A stretch of DNA of 64,000 bases from an uncultured Methanomicrobiales archaeon. Lineage in GTDB: Archaea; Halobacteriota; Methanomicrobia; Methanomicrobiales; Methanospirillaceae. The DNA is taken from positions 16,397 through 80,396 of the forward strand of contig CASGHK010000001.1 of the NCBI GenBank assembly GCA_949320185.1. The letters run 5' to 3'. Below are positions 18,245-25,939 of the stretch, in pieces (within the stretch, counting starts at the first letter, position 1; each line of letters begins with the position of its first letter). A model generated the notes under the pieces. It was not told the DNA's origin. It did not search any database and was given only the letters and a program-made list of their open reading frames with translations. A program made the translations under genes and the position numbers.

Positions 18245-19405
18245 ATGCGTCATCTGCTGGTGGTCATCTTCGTCCTTATCCTGGCAAGCGCTATCGCACC
18301 AGTCGTCTCGGCAGAAACAGAGTATCGATATCAAACCAGTATGAACCTGAGTTCGTCCTGGGATCCTTCCCATCTCCAACGTCCTTTCGGCATTGGATTG
18401 GTCGAACCCGGTTTTGCCTGGATAACGGTTCCCGGTAGTAACGAGATACATAAATATAATCTTGCTACCGGTGAACGTGTCGCCTCCCAGGGTTCTACCG
18501 GGACTGAACCGGGACAGTTCCGCGCCCCTGGTGGGATAACCGCTGACTCGAAAGGAAACCTCTACGTTGCGGACCAGGGGAACCATAGGATTCAAAGGAC
18601 CTACTGGGACCCGGTTAAACAGGCGTATCAGACCGTCGTGTTTGCATCAGAAGGGCTGCAGACTCCGACGGGGGTGGGAGTCGACGGTGATGACAATGTC
18701 TACGTCGCGGACATGGGGGGCAACCAGGTCCTGAAGTATCGCCAGGACGGCTCCCAGGATAAGGGATTTTGGCTGTATAACCCGGAGAACGAGACGTTCG
18801 TGAGCCCGATGAACGTGATAGTTGACAGGAGCAACAACACATATGTGCTGAACTCGGGGCGTGGCGCCGTCCAGGTATACAACCGCTTCGGAAACCTGAC
18901 CACCTCCTGGGGAGGCATCGGCAACGGGACGGGGCAGCTCAACTGGCCCTACTCGATGACGATCGACACCCAGGGTGACGTCTTCGTCTCGGACTCCCAC
19001 AACGACCGGATCCAGAAGTATTCGCCGAACGGTACCCTGCTCGCGAGTTTTGGTGGGGAGGGGTCCGGGATCGGGCAGCTCAGCACCCCTGCCGGCATCA
19101 CTGTGGATTCATCCGGGATTGTCTACGTCGTCGACTCGGTCAACAACCGCATCGTGACCTTCAAGAAGCAGGATTCAGCCGACACAGTGATGATCCCCGG
19201 CGGCGTGGGTGTTCCGCGGGACATGGACGATGACGGCACGATCGACGACGTGAACGGGAACGGCCGGCGTGACTTTGCGGACGTGGTCCTCTACTTCAAC
19301 CAGATGACCTGGATCGCCGGGAACGAGCCCCTCTCCCTCTTCGACATCAATAAAAACGGGAGGATCGACTTCGCGGACGCCGTCGCCCTCTTCAATGGCC
19401 TCTGA
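18245..19405 (+). CDS. Secreted NHL-repeat beta-propeller protein with C-terminal dockerin-like module (paralogue 2)
   Basis: Signal peptide MRHLLVVIFVLILASAIAPVVSA. NHL-type repeats. The last 187 aa are nearly colinear with paralogue 1 and include an identical dockerin-like tail. Confidence 0.85.
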   Translation: MRHLLVVIFVLILASAIAPVVSAETEYRYQTSMNLSSSWDPSHLQRPFGIGLVEPGFAWITVPGSNEIHKYNLATGERVASQGSTGTEPGQFRAPGGITADSKGNLYVADQGNHRIQRTYWDPVKQAYQTVVFASEGLQTPTGVGVDGDDNVYVADMGGNQVLKYRQDGSQDKGFWLYNPENETFVSPMNVIVDRSNNTYVLNSGRGAVQVYNRFGNLTTSWGGIGNGTGQLNWPYSMTIDTQGDVFVSDSHNDRIQKYSPNGTLLASFGGEGSGIGQLSTPAGITVDSSGIVYVVDSVNNRIVTFKKQDSADTVMIPGGVGVPRDMDDDGTIDDVNGNGRRDFADVVLYFNQMTWIAGNEPLSLFDINKNGRIDFADAVALFNGL

Positions 19406-19424
19406 GCGGGCCAGGCCCGGTCTC

Positions 19425-19430
19425 TTTTTT
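19425..19430 (+). terminator. Oligo-T terminator candidate after NHL paralogue 2
   Basis: A T6 run 20 nt after the stop codon, preceded by the GC-rich palindromic GGGCCAGGCCC. Confidence 0.4.
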
Positions 19431-19481
19431 CTGCCGGCTCGCCGGCTCTTCGCGGACATCTCCCGGATCGAGGACGATGCG

Positions 19482-20670
19482 ACCGGCGGTCCCTGCTCGG
19501 CTTCGCCCAGAAGGCAGAGAGCGCACGGGCGCACTCAGCGGTGCTGATGCTGGCGCAGTCGGAGGTGCCGATCCCGGTAGCCGGCCTGGACGCTGACCAG
19601 GATCTGTTCATCGTCGTATTGAGTACCATAGAGTTCTCGTCCGGGCGGTTCCGCGAGCACCGGCCCGAGGACCACCTGACCTGATATGAGGTCGTGGTCT
19701 ACCTCGAAGGGGCGACCTGCCCGACCTGGGAGGCGCACCTGACCGGGTCTTCGGAGGTGACGAGCAGACGATCGCCGGGTTCCAATCGATCTGCAGGTAC
19801 AGCCTGCTCGCCGAAAACCCGTCCGATATCATCTACATTTTCCAGGGCACGGTGCCAATGGAAAATCCAGGACCCTCGAGGTCCTCTCGACCTTCCGGGG
19901 AGATTATCCGCAGGACGTGGATGCCTCGAAGACGCTCCTTGCCCGAAGATAGAACGACAGTCCTCGGACGGAGCGTGCGGCCCTTGTCGGTGCCCGGTTC
20001 GTCACGACCTCGGAGAGTGCGGAGGGCACCTGGCTCGACGAACCCACGGTCAAGCAGCTCACCGTTGGAGACTGCATCACCGTGCGGACGTCTACCTGGA
20101 GGAGTTCACCTGCCGGCCCGGCTACAAGATCTGGTTCGCGACGAACCACAGGCCGCCGGTCTCCACAGACCCGTCCATGTGGCGTCGGTGCTGGGTCGTC
20201 CCGTTCTCGGTGACCATTCCGCCAGGGGAGCGGGACGAAAAGACCGCAGGGGAACTGCTCGCCGAGCGGTCGGGGGTCCTGAACTGGTGCCTCGCCGGCC
20301 TCGCCCGATACCGCGAGGCGGGCCACCTCGAGCAACCCGGGGTCTTCGCCGTTGCCACCGAGGAGTACCGTCTCGACGTCGAGGTTTGTGCACGCTATGT
20401 GGACGAGGAGTGCGTCGTTGCCGGCGCGCCGAATGATCGCGAGGTCTGGTCGGAGCGGTATGCCGCGTTCCTCTTGTGGGCGAAGGACGGCGGTTCGCAG
20501 CGGTGTCGGCGAAGATGTTCGCAGAGCATTACAAAAGCGAGGGCGTGACCCCCGTCCCGGGCCGCGCCCGAGGGATCACCATACGGGGCGATACCGAATT
20601 CGTTCGGTCCTGGAGCGGGAGTTGGTTTAAGGATAACGAGGGGGTGAACCTGTTTTTTTTCTCCCGGTGA
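19482..20670 (+). pseudogene. Decayed phage/plasmid primase-helicase (P4/D5 family), N-terminally truncated, with multiple frameshifts and in-frame stops
   Basis: The conserved blocks are spread over all three + frames: LDADQDLF...FREHRPEDHLT* (in-frame TGA at 19682), ATCPTWEAHL, RVFGGDEQTIAGFQSICRYSLL, Walker A GANGKSRTLEVL (19851-), AALVGARFVTTSESAEG..LDEPTVKQLTVGDCITVR, YKIWFATNHRPPVSTDPSMWRRCWVVPFSVTIP..ERD, GVLNWCLAGLARYREAG, ATEEYR, and the tail SAKMFAEHYKSEGV. Confidence 0.8.
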
Positions 20671-20748
20671 GATGCAGGCCATGTGTCGCACGTGCAGGTC
20701 TTCCCCCCTCCATTCGTGAATCACCCGTGCCCGGGGGATAATCCGCCA

Positions 20749-20798
20749 GGTCACAATCGGAATCGAACCGTTCGTATTCCTTTGCTTGTCCAGTGACC
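20749..20798 (-). other. tRNA-like minihelix / possible tRNA 3'-half remnant (candidate att scar)
   Basis: The minus strand reads GGTCACTGGACAAGCAAAGGAATACGAACGGTTCGATTCCGATTGTGACC. The GGTTCGATTCC block is T-arm-like, and the ends GGTCAC/GTGACC can pair. No D arm or anticodon arm is present. Confidence 0.25.
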
Positions 20799-20990
20799 CC
20801 GGAATTGACGTTTGGAGAGAGACCCAATCCTCAACAATACCTGCCACTTTTTTTTCCCAGCTCCGATCACGGTGCTGAGATACATTCCGCCCCAAATACC
20901 ATGATCGCGACGACCGCGTCCTGGGAATTGCTCCTGGGCAGCGATGTCGGAGCGTGCGACCGGGTCGGGATCCGGTTTCGATCGCGGCAG

Positions 20991-21001
20991 AAAATATATA
21001 A
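20991..21001 (+). promoter_or_regulatory. TATA-box-like element of the ArsR-flavodoxin gene
   Basis: AAAATATATAA lies 31-41 nt upstream of the ATG at 21032. Confidence 0.45.
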
Positions 21002-21003
21002 GT

Positions 21004-21023
21004 GTATAAGCACACGCTTATAC
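21004..21023 (+). promoter_or_regulatory. Perfect 8-4-8 inverted repeat (candidate ArsR-type operator)
   Basis: GTATAAGC-ACAC-GCTTATAC lies between the TATA element and the start codon, where the transcription start is expected. Confidence 0.45.
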
Positions 21024-21031
21024 TGTATTGT

Positions 21032-21943
21032 ATGGACCACGATGAGACGCCCGACCCGAATCTCGATCTCTCCGAGATCGTGCCCGACATGGCCGGGACA
21101 TTCAAAGCACTCGGTGACCTCACCCGCCTTCGGATTATCCATCTCCTCTCGACCGACACGAGCGGGACTCTCGGGGTCAGCGAGCTTGCCGCCCGGCTCA
21201 ACATCACGCAGCCCGCGGTATCGCAACACCTGAAGACGCTCAAAACCGAGGGGCTCGTGCACTCGCGACGGGAAGGGTTCTATACCTATTACACGATCGA
21301 CCGCGAGCGGATGGTGGTGTTTCGTGACCATTTCGAACTGATGTACGCGAGCATCATGGAGAAGTGCAACCGGGAACTCATCCGGCAGTCCACCCGCGAC
21401 CGGAAGATCCGGGCCTGTGTGATCTTCTACTCGTACACTGGGATCACCCGGGGCGTGGCCGAAGGCGTCAGAAGAGCCAGCGGGTGTGATCTCATCGAAG
21501 TCCGGACAAAGAAGCCCTACACCCCGATCTCTATCTTCACGACCGGCATCCTGCGATCGCGCAGGATGGCCAGCGATCCGATCGATCCGGACGAGATCGA
21601 CGTCTCGGTCTACGACCTCCTGATCATCGGGACTCCTGTCTGGGCCGGAAGGGCGTCCCCCGCAATCAATGGAGCGGTAAAGGCGCTCAGGGGTTGCGAG
21701 GGCAAGAACGCGGTGGTCTTCACCACCTACTCGACCAGCCCCGGGGATGCCCTGCCAAACCTCGCGAAGGCGCTCACGGACCGGGGGGTCAAAGTAGTGA
21801 CCGAGATCTCCTTAGCGGGGGAGGTCACGAAGAGACCGGATGCGGGTGGCGAACTCCTTAGGCGGATCGTCGAAGCAGACCCCTTCAGTGGTCTTGAGAC
21901 GGGAACGACAGGACAGGAACAGAAAACGGACGGGATATCATGA
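21032..21943 (+). CDS. ArsR-family HTH regulator fused to a flavodoxin-like domain
   Basis: ATG at M11 of the GTG-initiated tracked ORF. N-terminus LGDLTRLRIIHLLS...LGVSELAARLNITQPAVSQHLKTLKTEGLV is canonical ArsR/SmtB. The C-terminus ACVIFYSYTGITRGVAEGV...LLIIGTPVWAGRASPAI...AVVFTTYS is a flavodoxin-like fold. Confidence 0.8.
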   Translation: MDHDETPDPNLDLSEIVPDMAGTFKALGDLTRLRIIHLLSTDTSGTLGVSELAARLNITQPAVSQHLKTLKTEGLVHSRREGFYTYYTIDRERMVVFRDHFELMYASIMEKCNRELIRQSTRDRKIRACVIFYSYTGITRGVAEGVRRASGCDLIEVRTKKPYTPISIFTTGILRSRRMASDPIDPDEIDVSVYDLLIIGTPVWAGRASPAINGAVKALRGCEGKNAVVFTTYSTSPGDALPNLAKALTDRGVKVVTEISLAGEVTKRPDAGGELLRRIVEADPFSGLETGTTGQEQKTDGIS

Positions 21944-22028
21944 CACTGTGCAGGAGTATCATCATCGGAGTGCGTGCCGGCTGGTATGTCGGTCCGATCA
22001 AAGGAGCCATCGGCAGGAGTTCTGCATT

Positions 22029-23135
22029 ATGATCGGGGAGGGCAGTTCGAGGGAACAGACCGACCGGGGGTTCCGCGAGACCTTCGATCTCACGATACGC
22101 GACACGCTTCGCCAGGCTGTCCGGATCATCGCCGCTGATCCGGCGCTCGCCATTCCCGGAACGGTCATCCTGCGCCACCAGCAAAAGGCGGCGGCAGTGC
22201 GGGAGCGCCACGAGCGGGAGGGACTCCTCGTCCCGCCGGTGATGATCGTGAGCGTCACCTCGCGCTGCAACCTCGTCTGCTCCGGCTGCTACATGCACGG
22301 GCGGGGCGAACGGCCGGAGAAAGAAATGAGCCCGGATATCCTCGCATCGGTCGTGGAACAGGCCGCCGGGCTCGGTGTCTCCGTGATCGTCCTCGCCGGA
22401 GGTGAACCAATGGTCCGGCACGAGGAGATCATCCGGCTGGCGCACACCCATCCCCGGGTACTCTTCCCGGTCTTCACGAACGGCCTCCTCATCGACGATC
22501 GGGTCGCCGAAACCATCGCGGGGTGCCGAAATATCGTGCCGATCGTCAGCTTCGAAGGGTTCCGGGAGGACACCGATGCACGGAGGGGAAGCGGAATCTA
22601 CGACCGTCTCCTCTCCGTCTGTGCCCGTCTGAACGATCGGGGGATCTTCTATGGGTGTTCGATGACCACGACACGAAACAATCTCCATCAGGTCACCGGG
22701 GAAGCGTTCGTTCGGCAGAGGGTCGAAGCCGGTGCCCGGGTGATGGTATTCGTCGAGTACGTGCCGATGGCACCAGGAACGGAGAATCTCGTCCTGACTG
22801 CCGAACAGAAGAAGACTCTGCAGATCATCCTTTCGGAGAACCACCGGAAATTCCCGGCACTCTTCCTCGGTTTCCCGGGCGATGAGGAGACGTACGGAGG
22901 GTGCCTTGCTGCGGGCCGGGGCTTCGTGCATGTCAGCCCGACAGGAAATCTCGAACCCTGCCCGGCCGCCCCGTATTCGGACGCGAACCTGACAATGATC
23001 TCACTCGAGGAGGCACTCGGATCCCGCCTGCTCTGCCGGCTCCGTGAGAACCCGGAGTATCTGACGGAAACGGCCGGAGGGTGCGCTCTCAGGGCGAACC
23101 CCGCATGGGTAGAGGAGCTCGTGGTCGAGGGATAA
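22029..23135 (+). CDS. Radical SAM protein (unknown substrate) with C-terminal Cys-containing auxiliary region
   Basis: Start at M64 of the tracked ORF. VTSRCNLVCSGCY = CxxxCxxC. GGEPMV and VSFEGF motifs. C-terminal GGCLAAGRGFVHVSPTGNLEPCPAAPY and GGCALR. Confidence 0.85.
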   Translation: MIGEGSSREQTDRGFRETFDLTIRDTLRQAVRIIAADPALAIPGTVILRHQQKAAAVRERHEREGLLVPPVMIVSVTSRCNLVCSGCYMHGRGERPEKEMSPDILASVVEQAAGLGVSVIVLAGGEPMVRHEEIIRLAHTHPRVLFPVFTNGLLIDDRVAETIAGCRNIVPIVSFEGFREDTDARRGSGIYDRLLSVCARLNDRGIFYGCSMTTTRNNLHQVTGEAFVRQRVEAGARVMVFVEYVPMAPGTENLVLTAEQKKTLQIILSENHRKFPALFLGFPGDEETYGGCLAAGRGFVHVSPTGNLEPCPAAPYSDANLTMISLEEALGSRLLCRLRENPEYLTETAGGCALRANPAWVEELVVEG

Positions 23136-23171
23136 TCCCCACCTGATAATGCCCGACGTCAGGAGTTCGTG

Positions 23172-24161
23172 ATGAAGGCAATCGTCTGCTCACGCTACGG
23201 CCTGCCCGAGGATCTCATGCTTCAAGAGGTCCCGACGCCTGCACCGAGGGACGATGAAGTACTGGTACAGGTCCACGCGGCATCCGTCACGTTCAGCAAC
23301 ATGGCTCTCGTCAGCGGCAGGCCGTACGTGGCTCGCATCGCGGGACTCGGGCTGAAAACGCCGAGAATCAGGATACCCGGGAGCGACATCGCTGGCACGG
23401 TTAAAGCGGTCGGCAGGAATGTAACGAACTATGAACCTGGTGACAAGGTGTACGGGGATCTATCCCTGTGTGGACGGGGCGGTTGTGCCGAGTTCGTCTG
23501 TGCCCCTGACCACACCCTCGAAAGAATGCCGGCCAACGTATCATTCGAGGAGGCGGCGGCCGTACCTGGAGCGGCGCTCGTTGCCCTGCAGGCACTTCGT
23601 GACCACGGACGGATACGGGAAGGGCAGAAGGTACTGATCGCCGGCGCATCCGGTGGCATCGGCACCTTTGCGGTGCAGATTGCAGACTATTTCGGGGCTG
23701 ATGTGACCGGGGGGTGCGGCACGGAAAGTGTGGACCGTGTGCATTCGCGCGGCGCAGACCACGTCATCGATTATACCGGGGACGATTTTCGAAAATCCGG
23801 GCAGCGGTACGACCTGATTCTCGCCACGGCCGACTATCGTTCGATCTTCGAGTGCCGGCGTGCCCTCACTCCACAGGGGACCTACGTCGTGACCGGAGGC
23901 ACCATGGCCCAGGTTTTCCAGGTTTTGGTCCTCGCACCCCTGCTCTCGACAGGGGGAAAGAGGATGGGCGCCATGCTCGTCGAGCCGAACAGGGACCAGG
24001 ATCTCATGACCGACCTGATCGAGGCAGGGGAAGTTCAGCCCGTGATCGACCGATGCTATCCGTTGAGCCAGACTGCAGAAACATTCCGGTACTACGGTGC
24101 GGGTCACGCCCGGGGATACGTCGTTATCACGATCAAAGAGGCTACGAAGAAGGAATGGTGA
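23172..24161 (+). CDS. Medium-chain dehydrogenase/reductase family NAD(P)-dependent oxidoreductase (quinone oxidoreductase-like)
   Basis: AGGAG lies 7 nt upstream of the ATG. GroES-like N-terminus (EVLVQVHAASV, GSDIAGTV, GDKVYG) and a Rossmann motif LIAGASGGIGTFAVQIA. No structural-zinc Cys cluster. Confidence 0.85.
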   Translation: MKAIVCSRYGLPEDLMLQEVPTPAPRDDEVLVQVHAASVTFSNMALVSGRPYVARIAGLGLKTPRIRIPGSDIAGTVKAVGRNVTNYEPGDKVYGDLSLCGRGGCAEFVCAPDHTLERMPANVSFEEAAAVPGAALVALQALRDHGRIREGQKVLIAGASGGIGTFAVQIADYFGADVTGGCGTESVDRVHSRGADHVIDYTGDDFRKSGQRYDLILATADYRSIFECRRALTPQGTYVVTGGTMAQVFQVLVLAPLLSTGGKRMGAMLVEPNRDQDLMTDLIEAGEVQPVIDRCYPLSQTAETFRYYGAGHARGYVVITIKEATKKEW

Positions 24162-24685
24162 AAAAAATGGACTCCGACACAATTGATCCCGCAGATCAGA
24201 AAGCGATACGATCACTCGTGATCGTCTTCTCCTACCATCATGGGAATACCGAGAAGGTCGCGAATGCGATAGCACACGTTCTTGGTGCCGAGGTGAAAAC
24301 ACCACAGCAGGTCGACCCTGAAATGCTCCGGGAGTACGATCTGATCGGCTTCGGCTCGGGGATATATTCAGCACAACACCACGAATCCCTCCTCGAGCTT
24401 GCCGACAGGCTGCCACGGGCCACGAGCACGAAAGCGTTCATCTATTCGACGTACGGGGCCCCCGCCGTCGCTGCGGGCGGTGATTTTGTCAAGAAAAATC
24501 ATTCGCGTCTCCGGGGGAGGCTGGAGGCGAAGGGGTACAGGGTCTTCGGGGAATTCGCGTGTGCGGGGTGGAACACGAACGTGTTTCTGAAGTATTTCGG
24601 GGGGCTGAACAGGGGCCGGCCCAATGCCGACGACCTCGAGCACGCAGCAAAGTTTGCCCGGGACCTGTTGAAGACGACTCGCTGA
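24155..24685 (+). CDS. Flavodoxin-family protein
   Basis: VIVFSYHHGNTEKVANAIA, LIGFGSGIY. ATG at 24155 overlaps the preceding stop; ATG at 24167 is an equally plausible start. Confidence 0.8.
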   Translation: MVKKMDSDTIDPADQKAIRSLVIVFSYHHGNTEKVANAIAHVLGAEVKTPQQVDPEMLREYDLIGFGSGIYSAQHHESLLELADRLPRATSTKAFIYSTYGAPAVAAGGDFVKKNHSRLRGRLEAKGYRVFGEFACAGWNTNVFLKYFGGLNRGRPNADDLEHAAKFARDLLKTTR

Positions 24686-25096
24686 GTCGAGGAGGCCGGT
24701 CGAGACGGGTGCGACCGGCCGGCACCGGGGACGAACGGCGGCACGCCGTCGGCGAACACTCCCACCTCGAGATACTCTTCAATTCCTGATCGGTTGTCAC
24801 CCCGAACTCGCTCACGTACGTGTACATCCCGACATGAGCATCACCTCATCCCAACGGACGACCGTTCGGACATCTCGACCATCGCCCACATCGATGCGAG
24901 CCATCCCCGGTCTTCGACGAACGCTTGCTCCGGGCGGATCCACGGAGACGCCGTTGTGGTTCTATCGGGGGGGTCCTACACGAGGCTTTCCCGCCCTCGG
25001 ATGTACAGCGAAAGCTCCATCCTCCCCGGAGATGATCCTTACCTATTCGACACTGCCCTGTCGGAGCCCTCTACTTGAGAGTAGGGAATTGAAATC

Positions 25097-25939
25097 ATGA
25101 ACCTGCGTGTTGTCATCCCCACCGTGATCGCGGTCGTGTCCGTCGTCGCTGCGGTCGTTCTCGCCTTCGCCCTCGTGGCGGAACGGGAACCGAACCTCGA
25201 CCGGGCGTGGCAGACCCTGGAGACCCGCGAGTACGTCGACCTCACCCACGCCTTCAACCCAGACATCCCCCACTGGTCGGGTTTTCCCGCCGAAACCCGG
25301 ACCACGCTCTACGACTACCGTCCTGGAAATGGCACCCTCGGCAGCGGATTCTTCGCCCAGTCCTATAGCTTCGTCGGGCAGTGGGGGACCCACGTCGACG
25401 CCCCGTCTCATTTCGTCGAGGGACTCCGTTCGATCGATCAGATCGATCCGCGCGAGATGATCCTGCCCCTGGTCGTCCTCGACGTCCATGAGCAGGTGGA
25501 ACGTAATCCTGACTACACGGTGACGCTCGACGACGTTCGGGCCTGGGAGCGCCGGCATGGGCCCGTGCCGAACGGCTCCTTCGTCGCCCTCCGGACAGAC
25601 TGGTCGAAACGATGGCCCAACGCAACCGTGATGGAGAACCGGGGAGAGGACGGGATCGCCCACTACCCTGGATGGAGCCGGGAGGTGCTGACCTATCTCT
25701 ACGAGGAGCGTGGGATCATGGCTTCGGGTCACGAGACGACTGACACGGACCCGGGGACGGCGACAAGCCGCGACGACTACGCACTCGAAGCCTACGTTCT
25801 CTCGATGGACCACTACCAGGTCGAGCTCATGACCAACCTCGACCGTGCTCCTGAAGCGGGGGCACTCGTGGTGGTGGCGGTTCCGAAACCAGATGGGGGC
25901 TCGGGGTTCCCAACACGGGTATTCGCGATCCTTCCCTGA
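25097..25939 (+). CDS. Cyclase-family protein (arylformamidase/kynurenine formamidase-like) with N-terminal TM anchor
   Basis: N-terminal hydrophobic helix. DLTHAF and QWGTHVDAPSHF (HxGTHxDxPxH-type motif). Confidence 0.85.
   Translation: MNLRVVIPTVIAVVSVVAAVVLAFALVAEREPNLDRAWQTLETREYVDLTHAFNPDIPHWSGFPAETRTTLYDYRPGNGTLGSGFFAQSYSFVGQWGTHVDAPSHFVEGLRSIDQIDPREMILPLVVLDVHEQVERNPDYTVTLDDVRAWERRHGPVPNGSFVALRTDWSKRWPNATVMENRGEDGIAHYPGWSREVLTYLYEERGIMASGHETTDTDPGTATSRDDYALEAYVLSMDHYQVELMTNLDRAPEAGALVVVAVPKPDGGSGFPTRVFAILP

Larger units (their letters stand above)
16881..19481. repeat. Tandem duplication, two units of about 1.3 kb, each carrying 5' leader, NHL-dockerin gene and terminator
   Basis: The leader ...CGAAAGAAT(G/A)ATGCCCTC(T/C)ATGGCGATAGTATCAATCTATGCGTC occurs at about 16905-16952 and 18205-18251. 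The trailer TCTCTTTTTTCTGCCGG(A/C)TCGCCGGCTCT(A/T)CGCGGACATCTCCCGGATCGAGGACGATGCG occurs at about 18119-18179 and 19421-19481. The gene starts are 1299 bp apart. Confidence 0.85.

Noticed and set aside
20395-21243. 282-aa minus-strand ORF across the primase fossil tail, the intergenic region and the ArsR gene start
   Set aside because: It is antisense to the ArsR-flavodoxin gene and to recognisable primase blocks, and its composition is Arg/Ser-rich.
24686-25096. 411-bp gap between the flavodoxin and cyclase genes with short overlapping ORFs (24794..25078, 24834..25100)
   Set aside because: The translations are low-complexity and motif-free. This is possibly a decayed gene, but I could not recognise any family.
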